Part shown: in pieces, positions 16,976 through 28,520 of the stretch | How positions within the stretch are numbered: position 1 is the stretch's first letter | How the letters are laid out: the number at the start of each line of letters is the position of its first letter | From: a virus | Reading direction: 5' to 3' (one strand) | Virus genome (UHGV): UHGV-0428632 | DNA length: 40,876 nt | Made by a program: the position numbers and the translations under genes | The notes under the pieces: model-generated | The model's input: the letters and a program-made list of their open reading frames with translations, nothing else | The model's database searches: none | Told to the model about the DNA's origin: nothing

Positions 16976-18694
16976 CTAAATTATTGTAACTGAAACATCT
17001 GTAGAATCGAAAATCGTTGTACCTCCCCCTTGATATGCATTGATAAGGATCTGGTTTGCTGATGATCCACCACCATCAGCATATCTTGAGTACCCATTAA
17101 ATACAGTTGTATTTATGGTAAGAGCCTGTGTGCTGCTAACCCCAAGCATATTTGGAAACACTAGAATGAAACTACCTGTTCCTTGTTTATTAAGAGTAAC
17201 AGGCACTGATGATGTGATTACTGAGCCAGTTGCCATGTTAAATCTAACAGTTGCACGAGCAGAACCTGGGCCTCTATAATTGTATGAAGAGGTGAAAGCA
17301 GAGGCTGCGTCTGCATTGCTTACTGTATTATCAAACCATTTAACAACATTAGTGGCTGGAACTTTTATAGCAGCAGCACCGGCGACTGATTTGTCAATAA
17401 GAGGATAATTGGACTGTTGTTCAAAATCGCAATTGTTAATTACTAACCTACCTACGTTTGCGCTGCTGTATGCTAATGTCGCGCCATCCGTTCCCTGACT
17501 GCGATAGAATTTGCATTTGCTAATAGAGGCGCTTGAGGGGCAATTGGTGATTTTGATAACGCCGTCTGTACCATTGCAGCTTTCTATCCAACATCTTTCG
17601 ATATTTATCAAATTCATTCCATCTAAACTTATACACTGGCCTGCCTGCTCGAAGTCGCAATCCTCTATGCTAAGGCCGGTACCACCATAGAAATTTATAT
17701 GAGTAACTGCTGGCAGACCTTTGTAAAAATAGCATTTTCTTATTCTATTAAAGTTAGGATTATTTGGCTCTCCATCAGTTTTTCTAGATCTTATGCTGCT
17801 TAAGTTGCCTGATGCCGCACCAGTTGTTCCTAGGTATCCAAAAGTACAGTTAAAAACATCAAGAAATATAGTATTAGCGTCAATTCCAAATGACAACTCC
17901 CAGTAAAAGTGACAATCCCTAACCGAGAGCCTTGGAACATATCGGTAATAGCCAGAGCCGCCAGCAGAAGGGGTTTCTACTCCTATAGCTGTGCAGCCAA
18001 CTCCAGCAAAATGAAGTCCGGTTATAATCGTTCCAGTAACCACCCCGTTATACTGAGGAAGTCTGAAGATTGTTATTCCGGATGCGCCGCGAACAATACT
18101 GTTGTTTCCGGTGATCGTAAAATCACGCGGCGTGACAATCATGCTTCCAACATAGGTTGTAGAATCTTTAGGGAACTTGATATCAGGAGTAGAAGCAAAT
18201 GCATCCCTGATAGCCTGAGCGTCATCGGTTACACCATCACACTTTGCACCCCATCCGCGGACGTCACCCTCGTCTCGCCATCTCTGTCTATTTGCCTCAG
18301 GAAACACTGAAGGTACAAGCTGATATCCATCTGGACCGGCTAGCTCTTGCCTTAATTGGTCTGGGTCATACTTCAGTACGTCAGGATAGTAAAACTGTAA
18401 CGAACCATAGGCATCATAAACAGCCATAGAATGACCCTGTACGGTTACAAACTTTGCAATATTACCGTTATAAACAGGGTAGCCACCGGCATTTATGATA
18501 ACCGGCTGCGCCACAGGAATATGATCACCATCCTCATTTTCAAGATATACCTGAATTTGATTCGATGGGATGGTAGGGTCAGTATCAATCTGACCAATAT
18601 AGATTTTACCGTATGCCACGGCTTTAAAAGAGCGAGCCATTGTAAAAAGTTGGCTCGGCATCGATACGACAACATTGGCAGTGATATCTGACAT
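16976..18694 (-). CDS. gp9: Tailspike protein: P22 gp9-like head-binding N-terminus fused to a different beta-helix receptor-binding domain
   Basis: 572 aa. First ~115 aa ([11 protein letters not shown]…[17 protein letters not shown]…[13 protein letters not shown]…VLKYDPDQ) match the P22 tailspike head-binding domain. The remainder is unrelated to P22 and has pectate-lyase-like beta-helix character (repeated NxxG/Cxx motifs). Confidence 0.85.
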   Translation of the reverse strand: MSDITANVVVSMPSQLFTMARSFKAVAYGKIYIGQIDTDPTIPSNQIQVYLENEDGDHIPVAQPVIINAGGYPVYNGNIAKFVTVQGHSMAVYDAYGSLQFYYPDVLKYDPDQLRQELAGPDGYQLVPSVFPEANRQRWRDEGDVRGWGAKCDGVTDDAQAIRDAFASTPDIKFPKDSTTYVGSMIVTPRDFTITGNNSIVRGASGITIFRLPQYNGVVTGTIITGLHFAGVGCTAIGVETPSAGGSGYYRYVPRLSVRDCHFYWELSFGIDANTIFLDVFNCTFGYLGTTGAASGNLSSIRSRKTDGEPNNPNFNRIRKCYFYKGLPAVTHINFYGGTGLSIEDCDFEQAGQCISLDGMNLINIERCWIESCNGTDGVIKITNCPSSASISKCKFYRSQGTDGATLAYSSANVGRLVINNCDFEQQSNYPLIDKSVAGAAAIKVPATNVVKWFDNTVSNADAASAFTSSYNYRGPGSARATVRFNMATGSVITSSVPVTLNKQGTGSFILVFPNMLGVSSTQALTINTTVFNGYSRYADGGGSSANQILINAYQGGGTTIFDSTDVSVTII

Positions 18695-18849
18695 TTACTG
18701 TGCTCCGGGCGCAGCAAAACCGCACAAGCTAAAACTTGCGCAGCGTTGCGTTAAGGTCGGTTATAATTGGTTAAAAGAGTGGAGGATTTATGGAACGAGA
18801 CTGGTTGAACTTTGCTTTCTTAATTTTCGGCATCTGTGTTGGTGTTGCC

Positions 18850-20829
18850 CTATTCGCTTAATGCTTCAGATTTCGCACCCTGAGCGAATGAGTTAATTAC
18901 TCGCTCAACATCAGATAACGCTTTCTCAAAGGCTGTAGAGCCTCGTGGAGTGTTTGCCAGGCGAAGCATTGCATTTCGTACAGGCTCGCTTTCATACATC
19001 CTTGCCAGCAATCCATATCCGCCGCCAGCCCCTATCAACGCCGGATTTGTTACAGTTCCGATTCCCATGATGAATGGGATAGCCTGTTGGCCTGTAGGTG
19101 TAGTAACACCTGCCTGCCCTGCCCTCTTCGTTGATTCCAGATAGTTCTTCAGCCCTTTCAGATATGCGGCATCACGACCTTTGAACGCGATTCCCGTCTG
19201 GTTAGACATCAGGTTAACTTGTCGCAGAAACTGGTCAGGAGAGCCGCCTGATTTTTCCATGGCTTTGCCAATGATTCCGTTACGCATCTGCGCGCGCCCA
19301 ATCTGACCTACAGAGTTATAAAGATTCTGCACTTCAGACTTGTTCTTGCTGAAAAGCATGTTGTTAACTACCTCAGGCGTTAGATCGCCTTTCATCAGAA
19401 CGTTCTTCAGGCGCGTATTCTGGAGTTTGCTGGCCTCATCTGCGTATACAGCGTTAGCCTGTTTGTAACGGCGCAGGGTGTCGTTACCAAGATTCTGACC
19501 TATCGAGCTATCAATATCTCCTGTCATGGCTCTATAGACTCGCTGTATAGCCGCATCTGAGCGGTTTGGCATAACTACTCGCTCACCTTTCACATCCTGC
19601 CTGAACTGGCTGCGGAGATTGCTCAGTTGTTGCAAATCAACGTTACCTCCAGCAAGCTCATCACGATACGCCTGGAGCTTACTGATGGTGTCGTTATCGG
19701 CAACCTTGCCTAGTTTCTGGAGGCTGGATATCTCATCATCAATTTGCTGCAGAGCTCGCGTTGGTTGGATGTTTACGCCAGTCATTGCATTTTGCACCTG
19801 CTCAAGACGATTACCCGCGGCTTGCTTAATGCCTGCAGTTTTTGATTTCAGGCTGCCTATAACAATTGACGGGTCATACTCACCAAACCGAGAAGCATAT
19901 TCATTCACCAACTGGCTTCGCGCTTCCTGCTGATTGGCTCGCATAGTGCTTGTACCAGCGAATGGGATGTTTTCAGCCGTAGTTTGCGCCATTCTTCCAA
20001 CGCGGGAATTTGGCTGCAGGACATCAGTTGTGTGTAGCGGAACGTCAGCAGAATTGGCGAATCGGATCGCCTGCTGCGCTTCTGGCGAGATTGCGCCTTT
20101 TACACCACGATAGGCAGCGCCAGCAACGCGCCCAAGTTGATTGATAGCGCCACCCAATACAACACCTGTTCCAAGTTCTGTAGCTAGAGCTTCGGGGTTG
20201 TTCTGCTCACTATTTGCAGCCATTGACCCTACTGCGTTTTCTGCCAGAAGGCGTGATGCTCCCTGCGCGACTCGTCCGGCAATGGTTGGGGCTTGTGCCG
20301 CAATACGCTCAGCACCTACAGGTGTAAGATACGGAAGTGCCTCTGCGAAGATTTTCCCTTCTGTCGTCTGTGGCGTTAGCGCCCCTTGCTGAAGGCCTAA
20401 ATCCTGTGCCAGTCCTTCAGTTGTTACGCGTGGCGCTGGTTGGTATGTCCCATCACCTAGTCCCAGTTTATTGCCTGCCCATGCCCCTGCGCTTGCGACT
20501 GCATCTGCCATAGATGCTGGGATGTTCGCCACATTTACGCCAGCCTGAAGTAGACCCCTCCCCGTTTCTGCTGCCGCATTCCCAAGGTCAGACAGGAATC
20601 CTCCCTGTTCTTGTGGCTGCGCTTCTTGCCGAGGCTGTTGCTGTGCCCGAGTATCTGCTGAAGGCACTGGATATGCAGCATAGAAAGCCTGTTTAGCCTG
20701 CTCTGCGTTGCTGCCAGCCTGGGGAGCAACTACCTCGTTGAAGTATTGCTCCTGCGCCTGTGCTTTCTGCTCCGGTGCCAATGCCTGATACTGCTGAGAG
20801 GCAATAACGTCTTTCCATGCCTTAGCCAT
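18850..20829 (-). CDS. gp16: Ejection (E) protein, P22 gp16-like
   Basis: 659 aa. Last gene of the gp7/gp20/gp16 block by position. Low-complexity Q/A-rich N-terminus. Confidence 0.7.
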   Translation of the reverse strand: MAKAWKDVIASQQYQALAPEQKAQAQEQYFNEVVAPQAGSNAEQAKQAFYAAYPVPSADTRAQQQPRQEAQPQEQGGFLSDLGNAAAETGRGLLQAGVNVANIPASMADAVASAGAWAGNKLGLGDGTYQPAPRVTTEGLAQDLGLQQGALTPQTTEGKIFAEALPYLTPVGAERIAAQAPTIAGRVAQGASRLLAENAVGSMAANSEQNNPEALATELGTGVVLGGAINQLGRVAGAAYRGVKGAISPEAQQAIRFANSADVPLHTTDVLQPNSRVGRMAQTTAENIPFAGTSTMRANQQEARSQLVNEYASRFGEYDPSIVIGSLKSKTAGIKQAAGNRLEQVQNAMTGVNIQPTRALQQIDDEISSLQKLGKVADNDTISKLQAYRDELAGGNVDLQQLSNLRSQFRQDVKGERVVMPNRSDAAIQRVYRAMTGDIDSSIGQNLGNDTLRRYKQANAVYADEASKLQNTRLKNVLMKGDLTPEVVNNMLFSKNKSEVQNLYNSVGQIGRAQMRNGIIGKAMEKSGGSPDQFLRQVNLMSNQTGIAFKGRDAAYLKGLKNYLESTKRAGQAGVTTPTGQQAIPFIMGIGTVTNPALIGAGGGYGLLARMYESEPVRNAMLRLANTPRGSTAFEKALSDVERVINSFAQGAKSEALSE

Positions 20830-22229
20830 TAGTCACCCCATAGTGAAGAGAAGCCTGCGCTTTGCTGTGTTTGCCGTGATGGTTGTGTTTGTTGGGCTGG
20901 TTGTGAGGGTTGGCGCTGACCACCGCCTACGTTCACACTGTACTGCTGGTTGTACTGGTCGGTGTATTGCTGGATATCTCTAAGAGATTGCTGCATTGCA
21001 TCGGGGCTGGAGTAATCAACCTGTGGCATTCCCTGAAAGTACATTTTCGCTTCTGCTACGGTGTTGATGCCTGACGCACCCATATCCCTCGCTGCAGCAA
21101 TGCCCTGGTTCTGCATCTTTCCCTGAATGCGTTTGGTGGCATTAAACAACTGACGCTGCTCACCACCACCCAGACGACTGCGTACTTCAGCATCCCATGA
21201 CGGAGAACCGTTACCCCCAGTTACGCCGGTCATGAAGTTCAGCTTGTCAGTTGGCGCCTCAAGGATAGCGTTCAGGTCTTTAGCCATTGCGTAATTCTGA
21301 GCAGACGCAGCAGAAGTAGCAGGGGCCGCAATAGCGCTTGCAGGAACCCTGACCATGTTCCCGTTGTCATCCATGCCTTCATAAAATGCGTTAGCACCTG
21401 CGCCATGCAGTTTCCCGCCGACATTCACAGTACGACCATCTGACAGTTGCACGACTCGCTTGCCATCGCCACCAATGGTCTTAGCATTTGCTCTTTGGTT
21501 TGCCATGTCCTGACCACGGCGGGCTGTTGCTGCTGAGATATCCTGGCCTCGTGCGGTGATGTCCTGCCCTCGGGCAGTAAGTGACTCTCCAGCCTGATTG
21601 CTGCGGATTGTTTCGTTGAGCTTGTCACGGTTAAGAGCCTGACCGACAATCTTGTCCTGAGCATTGAAGTAATCAACCGGACCAAGCGCGGCCATGCCGA
21701 GGTGGTCGACAAACTCTCCGAATTGCTGCGGGTTCTGCTGGTATGTCTGCGCAACATCAGAAGGATTAAGTCCGACGCGCTGAAGCTCTCCAGCGTTATT
21801 CTTTAGCCATGAACTCATTGCTTCCGGTGAGGTTGCAGCCAGGCGAGCGCCAGCAGCAAGATTTCCAACTGCATTGCGCTGGTCTTCGTCAATAAAGCCC
21901 ATCCCCTTGCGCACGGCATCAATCTGATCAGGGAATTGCGTAGCCAGTTGACGTAAGGCGCTTCGGTCACCAGATGCGTATGCGTTTGCGTAGGCCTGCT
22001 GGAAAGCTTGCTGGCGTTCTGCTTGCTGAGACTGCTGATATGCCTGAGCAACCCCAGTCAATCCCTGCAGCGCCTGCAGGCCGATGTTGTTTGCGCCTGA
22101 ACGCTGAAGCTCGTTGTTTTGCTGAATCAAGCCGAGAGTTGCATTAACATCATTTACGCCTGGCGCGTTGGAGTTAACACCTCCGATTCCAGCGAGCAAT
22201 CCGCCATTATTTCCTTGCCATGTAGCCAT
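20829..22229 (-). CDS. gp20: Ejection protein, P22 gp20-like
   Basis: 466 aa. Position and size match P22 gp20 (~470 aa). Confidence 0.7.
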   Translation of the reverse strand: MATWQGNNGGLLAGIGGVNSNAPGVNDVNATLGLIQQNNELQRSGANNIGLQALQGLTGVAQAYQQSQQAERQQAFQQAYANAYASGDRSALRQLATQFPDQIDAVRKGMGFIDEDQRNAVGNLAAGARLAATSPEAMSSWLKNNAGELQRVGLNPSDVAQTYQQNPQQFGEFVDHLGMAALGPVDYFNAQDKIVGQALNRDKLNETIRSNQAGESLTARGQDITARGQDISAATARRGQDMANQRANAKTIGGDGKRVVQLSDGRTVNVGGKLHGAGANAFYEGMDDNGNMVRVPASAIAAPATSAASAQNYAMAKDLNAILEAPTDKLNFMTGVTGGNGSPSWDAEVRSRLGGGEQRQLFNATKRIQGKMQNQGIAAARDMGASGINTVAEAKMYFQGMPQVDYSSPDAMQQSLRDIQQYTDQYNQQYSVNVGGGQRQPSQPAQQTQPSRQTQQSAGFSSLWGD

Positions 22230-22238
22230 GATTACCTC

Positions 22239-22919
22239 TTAGAACAGAGAGCCAAGCAGACCCAAACCCCCGCCTACAGCCGCACCAATACCTGTGCCAA
22301 CTCCAGGAATAATACTTCCCAGTGCAGCACCTGATGCAGCACCACTCAACCCGCCACCAAGAGCAGACTGGAAACCAGATGGTCGGTTAGCATTAGCAGC
22401 AGCGAGAGCAGCTTGTTGTTGGTACAGAGAACCCATGTTATTTGCGTATGTCTGTCCTGCGTTAGCCTGACCCTGAAGCGCTCCTAAGCCGATGTTTGCA
22501 AGGTTCTGCGCGCTCTGCATCTGACCTGATAGCCAGTTTTGCCCTAATGTAGGAGCTATTGTTGCCAGTTGATTGCTGGTTGCTGTAGAACCAAGTCCGC
22601 CAGTCGCCTCTGCGCCTGCAAGCATTTGATAGCGAGCCTGGTCAGCAAGTCCTTTGTACTGAGATGATTTGTAGTAGTCATTGAGCGCTGAGTTTTGGCC
22701 CTGAAGGGTGGACAATCCCTGCAGTTGTGATACGTACTGCTGCGCCAGTGGCGTAAAAGGCGCAAGGTTGTTCATGATGGTGTTCCACTGGTCACGCTGG
22801 AGCTGAGTTGACTGCTTCAGCGCATCAGCTTGCGCTCCTGCCCCTCCATCACCTCCCTTCCCGCCTTTCAGGCACAGGCGATTCTCGAGATGCTTACTCG
22901 CTAATTGGAAAATGAGCAT
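22239..22919 (-). CDS. gp7: Ejection protein, P22 gp7-like
   Basis: 226 aa. Gly/Ala/Gln-rich with hydrophobic C-terminus. Position after gp14. Confidence 0.7.
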   Translation of the reverse strand: MLIFQLASKHLENRLCLKGGKGGDGGAGAQADALKQSTQLQRDQWNTIMNNLAPFTPLAQQYVSQLQGLSTLQGQNSALNDYYKSSQYKGLADQARYQMLAGAEATGGLGSTATSNQLATIAPTLGQNWLSGQMQSAQNLANIGLGALQGQANAGQTYANNMGSLYQQQAALAAANANRPSGFQSALGGGLSGAASGAALGSIIPGVGTGIGAAVGGGLGLLGSLF

Positions 22920-22927
22920 GTTGTTAC

Positions 22928-23386
22928 CTATTTAGAATGACGGGAGAGGAAATCCTGAATTTCTTCGCGGGTTGCAGAGTAGAAGGTGACGTCATCGACG
23001 CCTTTAAAGTATTTACGGATAGTGCCGACTCGCTTAAGTCCAATTGAGGAGCAGTACATCTGACCGTGACGGAATTTACGGGCGGCATACGACATCACGC
23101 AGGCGAATCTTGTATTGGCAAGTAGGTATCGCCAGAACGCCATTGCAATATCGAAGCTGAATCCGCGAGCCTCTGGAAGATACATAGCGTGAGTGTCGAA
23201 AGTTAACGGTTGGGTCTCGTGGTAGCAGACAATACCGCCAAACCGACCGTGAACATGCACCTCAAAGTATTTGCACTCTGGCCGGTAGTCGTAACCATCA
23301 CCGTTGTTGCTACCAGCAATGATTTCGGGATGATTTCCGACCGTCTCAATGAGGTCGATGTTTCGAGTGGGGGTGAATGTAATCAT
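22928..23386 (-). CDS. gp14: P22 gp14-like head-completion/ejection-associated protein
   Basis: 152 aa from MITFTPTRNI. Start overlaps the gp26 stop. Synteny only. Confidence 0.55.
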   Translation of the reverse strand: MITFTPTRNIDLIETVGNHPEIIAGSNNGDGYDYRPECKYFEVHVHGRFGGIVCYHETQPLTFDTHAMYLPEARGFSFDIAMAFWRYLLANTRFACVMSYAARKFRHGQMYCSSIGLKRVGTIRKYFKGVDDVTFYSATREEIQDFLSRHSK

Positions 23387-24108
23387 GCGTTTATCAACCC
23401 GTGTCCGGATGTTGCTCCTACTGCAGTTTGCATCGCTACAGCCCACTGTCTTATTTGCTGCAAACCTGTAGCTATAGCCTGAACCTCTGCCTGCGTGTAC
23501 GCGGCGCTAACGGTGTACGTAGTGCTGCCGTTTATCCCGGCTTTAGATGCGGTGCCGGTTGATGCCGTCCAGCCAGTATTCCTTGCGCCAACAACCTTCG
23601 TGCCGCCTACAGAGTAGGACGTGGTTACGTTAAGAGGTGAGGCAAGTGATTGCGATGCAACTGCCGATTTTGAGACGTAATCACCCTGCAAGATGGAGAT
23701 ATTCTCCTCCGCAGTTGTCACGCGGGTAGTCAATGACGATACGTTTGTTTGCAGCGTTGATACGTCAGCCTGAAGCGTTGTGATATTGCCTTCGGCTGTC
23801 GTCACCCGTACTGATAATGCTGAAATTGCGGAAGTGTTACCGGTGATGCGGATTTCGTGGTCGTCTACTTCAACGCGTAATGCTGATATCCTGCTCTCAT
23901 GGTCTTCAAGGATTACATCTTGCTGTTCGTTCTTGACAGTCGCCTCGTAAGCAAGTTCACCGGCATTGTTAGCAGCATTTGCAATGCTAAGCATGTCGGT
24001 GTTCTGCTGGATGATATAGAGGCGGTATGGTTGACTGAAAGTGTTAGGGAGTATTGTTGAGTCAACGCGACGAGATTGGACGTTGACCGGCTGAGGCGCA
24101 TCTGCCAT
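23383..24108 (-). CDS. gp26: Tail needle (P22 gp26-like)
   Basis: 241 aa from MADAPQPVNV…. Trimeric coiled-coil heptads (…HESRISALRVEVDDHEIRITGNTSAISALSVRVTTAEGNITTLQADVSTLQ…) are colinear with P22 gp26. Confidence 0.8.
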   Translation of the reverse strand: MADAPQPVNVQSRRVDSTILPNTFSQPYRLYIIQQNTDMLSIANAANNAGELAYEATVKNEQQDVILEDHESRISALRVEVDDHEIRITGNTSAISALSVRVTTAEGNITTLQADVSTLQTNVSSLTTRVTTAEENISILQGDYVSKSAVASQSLASPLNVTTSYSVGGTKVVGARNTGWTASTGTASKAGINGSTTYTVSAAYTQAEVQAIATGLQQIRQWAVAMQTAVGATSGHGLINA

Positions 24109-25529
24109 CACTCTATCCTTACCTGGCACCCGCTAAGCGTAACAGGTGATGAGGTGATAATTCGTATCTTGAATCCGATGTTCTTTCGGATGCGACCAAG
24201 GCGTTTCCAGATAGCCCTCTGGTCATATCTGAAAGGGGCATTCCATGGAATCATCTGTTCACGACCGTAGTTAATCCCATCCGTAGTTGCCGAGATAAAC
24301 ATGCGCTCTGCGAACTGTGATACACCTGTACTGGATTCAAGCTCAAAGTCGAATACTCTGGCGTTATCTGCCTTAAACAGCGGCGTATAGAGCAAATGCT
24401 CCTGCTGCTCGGCGTACTGGCTTGAAATAGTCTTATCCATCACTCCTAGCTGGCCTGTTAACTTGTCACCGCAGGTGATCGCGTTGCCTTCATACACAAG
24501 GTCTACAGCACGATAAACATCATCGTTGAATCCGGTTTTGAGAATTGCCCACTGTGCACCTCCCTGGTTAACTGCGCCGTCATAAACCATCACATGACGA
24601 GAAAGGTGGATAATCAATAGTTCATGAGCTTCGAAGCGTGCTGTTTCCATGTATGCGGAAGCAAGTTCATCAGCAGTGTAGCTCTGAAGAATCTTCTCTA
24701 CAGTAGATGTTGCAATCTGCTGAACAGCGCCAGAGTTAATCAGGTATACCGATGGAGCACCAGTTGCCGGGTGGCTGATGATTGCATGGGTGTCGGCGTA
24801 TTTTGTTTTGCAGTATGTGCCGGCAATACCCTTCTGAACCATCATTGAAGGTTGTGACTGATATACTGCCACGCCGACCGCAGATGCATTTCCCGTCAGG
24901 TTGAAATACTCAATGGTTGATGTACCAAAGCAGACAACGAAATCACGCCAGTTATCGATGCCGATGATTCCATCCGGCTGGCTCTCTGCGCGATATTCAG
25001 CGGCGTAGCGGTCTGGCTTAGACTCATCTTCAAGGTCAGTAATGAAGAATGAGTCAGTGCCGTCTTTGCTCCAAATATAACGAGAGCGGTTCCGGCACAT
25101 GCCCCGCAAACTGCCGAGCTCATACTGGACATATCCGGTGGATGCATCCCAGTTACTCAAGGTCTTTGTTGTTCCGTCATAGCGAAACAGCGTCATCGTT
25201 CCATTTGCACCAATGGCCTGACTGTTATAGCTGCAAGCCATGCTTACCCTTGCGCTGCCTGCTACATCACCAATTGATAAGCCTGACTTATACAGTTCGG
25301 TTCCACATACGCGATACACCGCATTCTCATGCGTGTTATACATCGCGCCCCGGCTGACTCCAGCTACATCCTGTATTTTCTTAATTCCGGGGAACGAGCG
25401 CATGTAACCGTTAGAGTTGAGCACCTCCTTCGGCGTTGCCAGCATGTTCACTGGAAGGAAATCAACGTAATCGGCATTGGTGAAGTCTTTGCCGACTCCT
25501 TTCATCAATGGAAGCTGCTGAACTGGCAT
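24108..25529 (-). CDS. gp10: Tail hub protein (P22 gp10-like)
   Basis: 473 aa (P22 gp10 is 472 aa). Synteny between gp4 and gp26. Confidence 0.8.
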   Translation of the reverse strand: MPVQQLPLMKGVGKDFTNADYVDFLPVNMLATPKEVLNSNGYMRSFPGIKKIQDVAGVSRGAMYNTHENAVYRVCGTELYKSGLSIGDVAGSARVSMACSYNSQAIGANGTMTLFRYDGTTKTLSNWDASTGYVQYELGSLRGMCRNRSRYIWSKDGTDSFFITDLEDESKPDRYAAEYRAESQPDGIIGIDNWRDFVVCFGTSTIEYFNLTGNASAVGVAVYQSQPSMMVQKGIAGTYCKTKYADTHAIISHPATGAPSVYLINSGAVQQIATSTVEKILQSYTADELASAYMETARFEAHELLIIHLSRHVMVYDGAVNQGGAQWAILKTGFNDDVYRAVDLVYEGNAITCGDKLTGQLGVMDKTISSQYAEQQEHLLYTPLFKADNARVFDFELESSTGVSQFAERMFISATTDGINYGREQMIPWNAPFRYDQRAIWKRLGRIRKNIGFKIRIITSSPVTLSGCQVRIE

Positions 25530-26015
25530 TATTCGCTCCCGTTATCGCATGGACTCTTGCGCCGGTAGAAGTTCCAGCCGTTATAAGTGGCAAGCCTGTT
25601 TCCACTGCCAACAGGCATACGGTTTGGATAACCGGACTTACATTTGGCGCTGCTTGCTCGTGACATAGCGGAAAGCTTAATGAGCCGCTCTTTGCCATAT
25701 TTCGCAGTGGTGATTATTTTTGCTGTTGGCTCTACCGCGTAGTCAGGCGCAATTCTCAGGGCCAGGTTATGGAATACTGCACTGAGCTTCCCTGTCGTGA
25801 GCCCATGGGCGTCGCCTGGGTCTGGGGCTACATCATCAGCAGAGAAGATGTAACCAGCATCGATTCCCGGCGTATCATCGCTACCTTCAAACCACTCAGC
25901 CATCATCATTTCGAGGTCGTTAACCCCATCTTCCATGGACTGAGGCTCGACATCGGTTAGCGTGGCATTTGAGGCGACGCCCAACTTACGTAACGCAGCG
26001 AGAACGAGATCGCCT

Positions 26016-26032
<17 letters not shown>
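25529..26032 (-). CDS. gp4: Head-to-tail adaptor (P22 gp4-like)
   Basis: 167 aa. …[43 protein letters not shown]… closely matches P22 gp4. Confidence 0.8.
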
Positions 26033-26264
<232 letters not shown>

Positions 26265-26305
26265 TGCTTTTCTCCAAGGAAGAAAGGGGCCGAAGCCCCT
26301 TTTGA

Positions 26306-27595
26306 TTACGCCTGGTCTGCCAGGCCCACACCGATTGACTCTGGGCGGGTGGCGTTCACGCCATACCACACCGCGATACGGCACAGACCTGAGAGCGTGT
26401 TGATATCACCCTGGGTCGCGAAGATGCCATGCAGGCCAACCTCTGGGATTTCAAACGCTTTTGATTTCATGCCAGCAAACAGTTCGTGATTAGCCGGAAT
26501 TGGCTGGCTCACGATACGTATTGAGTCATCTGCCCAGAAAACGTTGGTGCGCGTAGTGGTGGTATTGAGCACGTTTACAGCCATGCTGTTTGCCAAGGAG
26601 GTGTTTACGTTGGCGTATGCACGTTGCTCTGGTGACAGTGCGGTGTCGTCCAGTGCGATCGGCTTGGGGGTGATTTCGATGTGAGTTCCATCGATAACGC
26701 GAACCACGGAGAAGGTAGCGTCATGGGTCAGTACGTTCTTAGCCATCTGAGACAGGAACTTAACGCCAGTGAAGCTAATCTTGTCGCCACGTTTCAGGCC
26801 GGTAGTTGCAGACAGCGTTACTGTCGCCAGACGGTTATCCACGTTGCGTTTGTTACCGTCAGCATCCAAATCCCACGCTACAGGCTGGAATTTCTGTGCG
26901 CCGCTAACAGTCAGGCCTGTTGCAGTTGAGGCATTCAGCACTGGAAGTTTAGGAGAGCGAAGAACGTCATCAAAACCAGCAACCTGACGCTGGATAGTGC
27001 CGTTTTTGTACGCTTCCTCAGGGATACGGCCAAACATGTCGCGGTTAATCAGGTCGTGACCTGCCGCCTTATAATCTTTCGGGTTGAAGAAATAAGACAA
27101 GCCAGAGTCGCGATTCAGTTCGCGGGAAAACATGATTTCTTCAGCGTCAGCTACGAAGTCCCATCCACTACCTGCAGCGGTTCCAATCGGGTCATCACTG
27201 GTAACAATCAGAGAACCCATTTCAGCAGCCAGGTTGGCGACTTTTACTTCGGCGTTGCTTGCCAGTTTTTTGGCTGCAGCGCGGATACGATGACGATACG
27301 CAGTTTCATCGCGCAGATCGTCAGCACGTAACTGGAAGAAGTCGTTGTCAGGTTCGCCCAGGCTGACTGGAACGTTTAGCTCCAGAATGCCTGTTGATTT
27401 TCCAGTCAGGTCCCAGCCTTCCTGAGTTGGTGATTCCTGCTCAACAGGCATCCAGATGGTATTGCTGGAGCGCTGCATCTCACTGGCTGGGGGTGTATAT
27501 TTCCCCGCCTTCTGAGCCATTGGTGTCATGCTGGTAATGGTGTCGATGATTTCATCCACTGCCAGTGTAACGATTTGACCTTCGTTAAGAGCCAT
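26306..27595 (-). CDS. gp5: Major capsid (coat) protein, P22 gp5-like (HK97 fold)
   Basis: 429 aa (P22 coat is 430 aa). Synteny scaffold -> coat. Hairpin after the stop (26281-26305). Confidence 0.9.
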   Translation of the reverse strand: MALNEGQIVTLAVDEIIDTITSMTPMAQKAGKYTPPASEMQRSSNTIWMPVEQESPTQEGWDLTGKSTGILELNVPVSLGEPDNDFFQLRADDLRDETAYRHRIRAAAKKLASNAEVKVANLAAEMGSLIVTSDDPIGTAAGSGWDFVADAEEIMFSRELNRDSGLSYFFNPKDYKAAGHDLINRDMFGRIPEEAYKNGTIQRQVAGFDDVLRSPKLPVLNASTATGLTVSGAQKFQPVAWDLDADGNKRNVDNRLATVTLSATTGLKRGDKISFTGVKFLSQMAKNVLTHDATFSVVRVIDGTHIEITPKPIALDDTALSPEQRAYANVNTSLANSMAVNVLNTTTTRTNVFWADDSIRIVSQPIPANHELFAGMKSKAFEIPEVGLHGIFATQGDINTLSGLCRIAVWYGVNATRPESIGVGLADQA

Positions 27596-28509
27596 TATCG
27601 GATTCCTTGTAATTGTTTCTTAATCTTGCGGTAGGTCTCTACGTCACCCTTGCTTGATGCTTCATCCATCTTCTTCTTGAGTGCAGCTACGTTTGCAGCC
27701 ACAACTTCACCGGAGATTGGTTCATCTACAGGGGGAGCGCTTGAGACCTGCTTACCGCGAGGTTTGAGAGTTAAACGTTCTGAGAGTCGAGTGAGTTCAA
27801 TCAGCGCTTGCTGCTGGTTCATCTGGAGGATTTGACGCGTTTTCTCTGGGTTAGACCCCAGGTGGTACATCAGTGCGGCGGATTTCTCCGGGAACAACAC
27901 CATCAGGTCTGAAACGATTTGCGGTGGTACGAGTTGTGCAAATGCTTCTTCTTTGTCCTGATAATCTGGGATGTTGAGCTTTTCCGCTGCGTCGTAGTGT
28001 TTACGAGCGGCCTCGACATATTGCGCTGATTGCTGGGTGTACTCCTGAGTCTTGCGGCCTTGCTCTGCCACTGCATTACTGCGAGCATCGAGTGACTTCT
28101 GATTCCACTCGGCGAGGTCACGGTTGAATGCAGCCGTCGCCAGTGCGCTGTCGTAGTTGTATTTAACGAGAGCGTCATCTGACAAATAATCATTTGGATC
28201 TGGCTGCTTCGGTAACTCAGGATTAACCCGGATGTGCTCCGGCAACTCACCACGCTTCACCTGCTCCATCTTTTGTTCAAGCTCGCGCTGACGCTTACGC
28301 TCAAGACGTTTAGCTGCGAAGTGTGCGTTTGTTGCCGGGTCTTGTTTTGGTTTTGCCTCATCGTCTTTCAGGATGATCTCAAAGCCTTCATCATGCCCTG
28401 CGTTGTCATTGGCATTATCGACAACTGAGCCATCAGCAGATGCCGCTGCTTGATTGCCGGACGTGTTTAAGCCTTCAGTTTCCTGAATTTCGGTGGTTTC
28501 TGGGTACAT
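27595..28509 (-). CDS. gp8: Scaffolding protein, P22 gp8-like
   Basis: 304 aa. Charged, alpha-helical, with basic C-terminal helix-turn-helix region. Confidence 0.85.
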   Translation of the reverse strand: MYPETTEIQETEGLNTSGNQAAASADGSVVDNANDNAGHDEGFEIILKDDEAKPKQDPATNAHFAAKRLERKRQRELEQKMEQVKRGELPEHIRVNPELPKQPDPNDYLSDDALVKYNYDSALATAAFNRDLAEWNQKSLDARSNAVAEQGRKTQEYTQQSAQYVEAARKHYDAAEKLNIPDYQDKEEAFAQLVPPQIVSDLMVLFPEKSAALMYHLGSNPEKTRQILQMNQQQALIELTRLSERLTLKPRGKQVSSAPPVDEPISGEVVAANVAALKKKMDEASSKGDVETYRKIKKQLQGIR

Positions 28510-28520
28510 ATAACTCTCTC

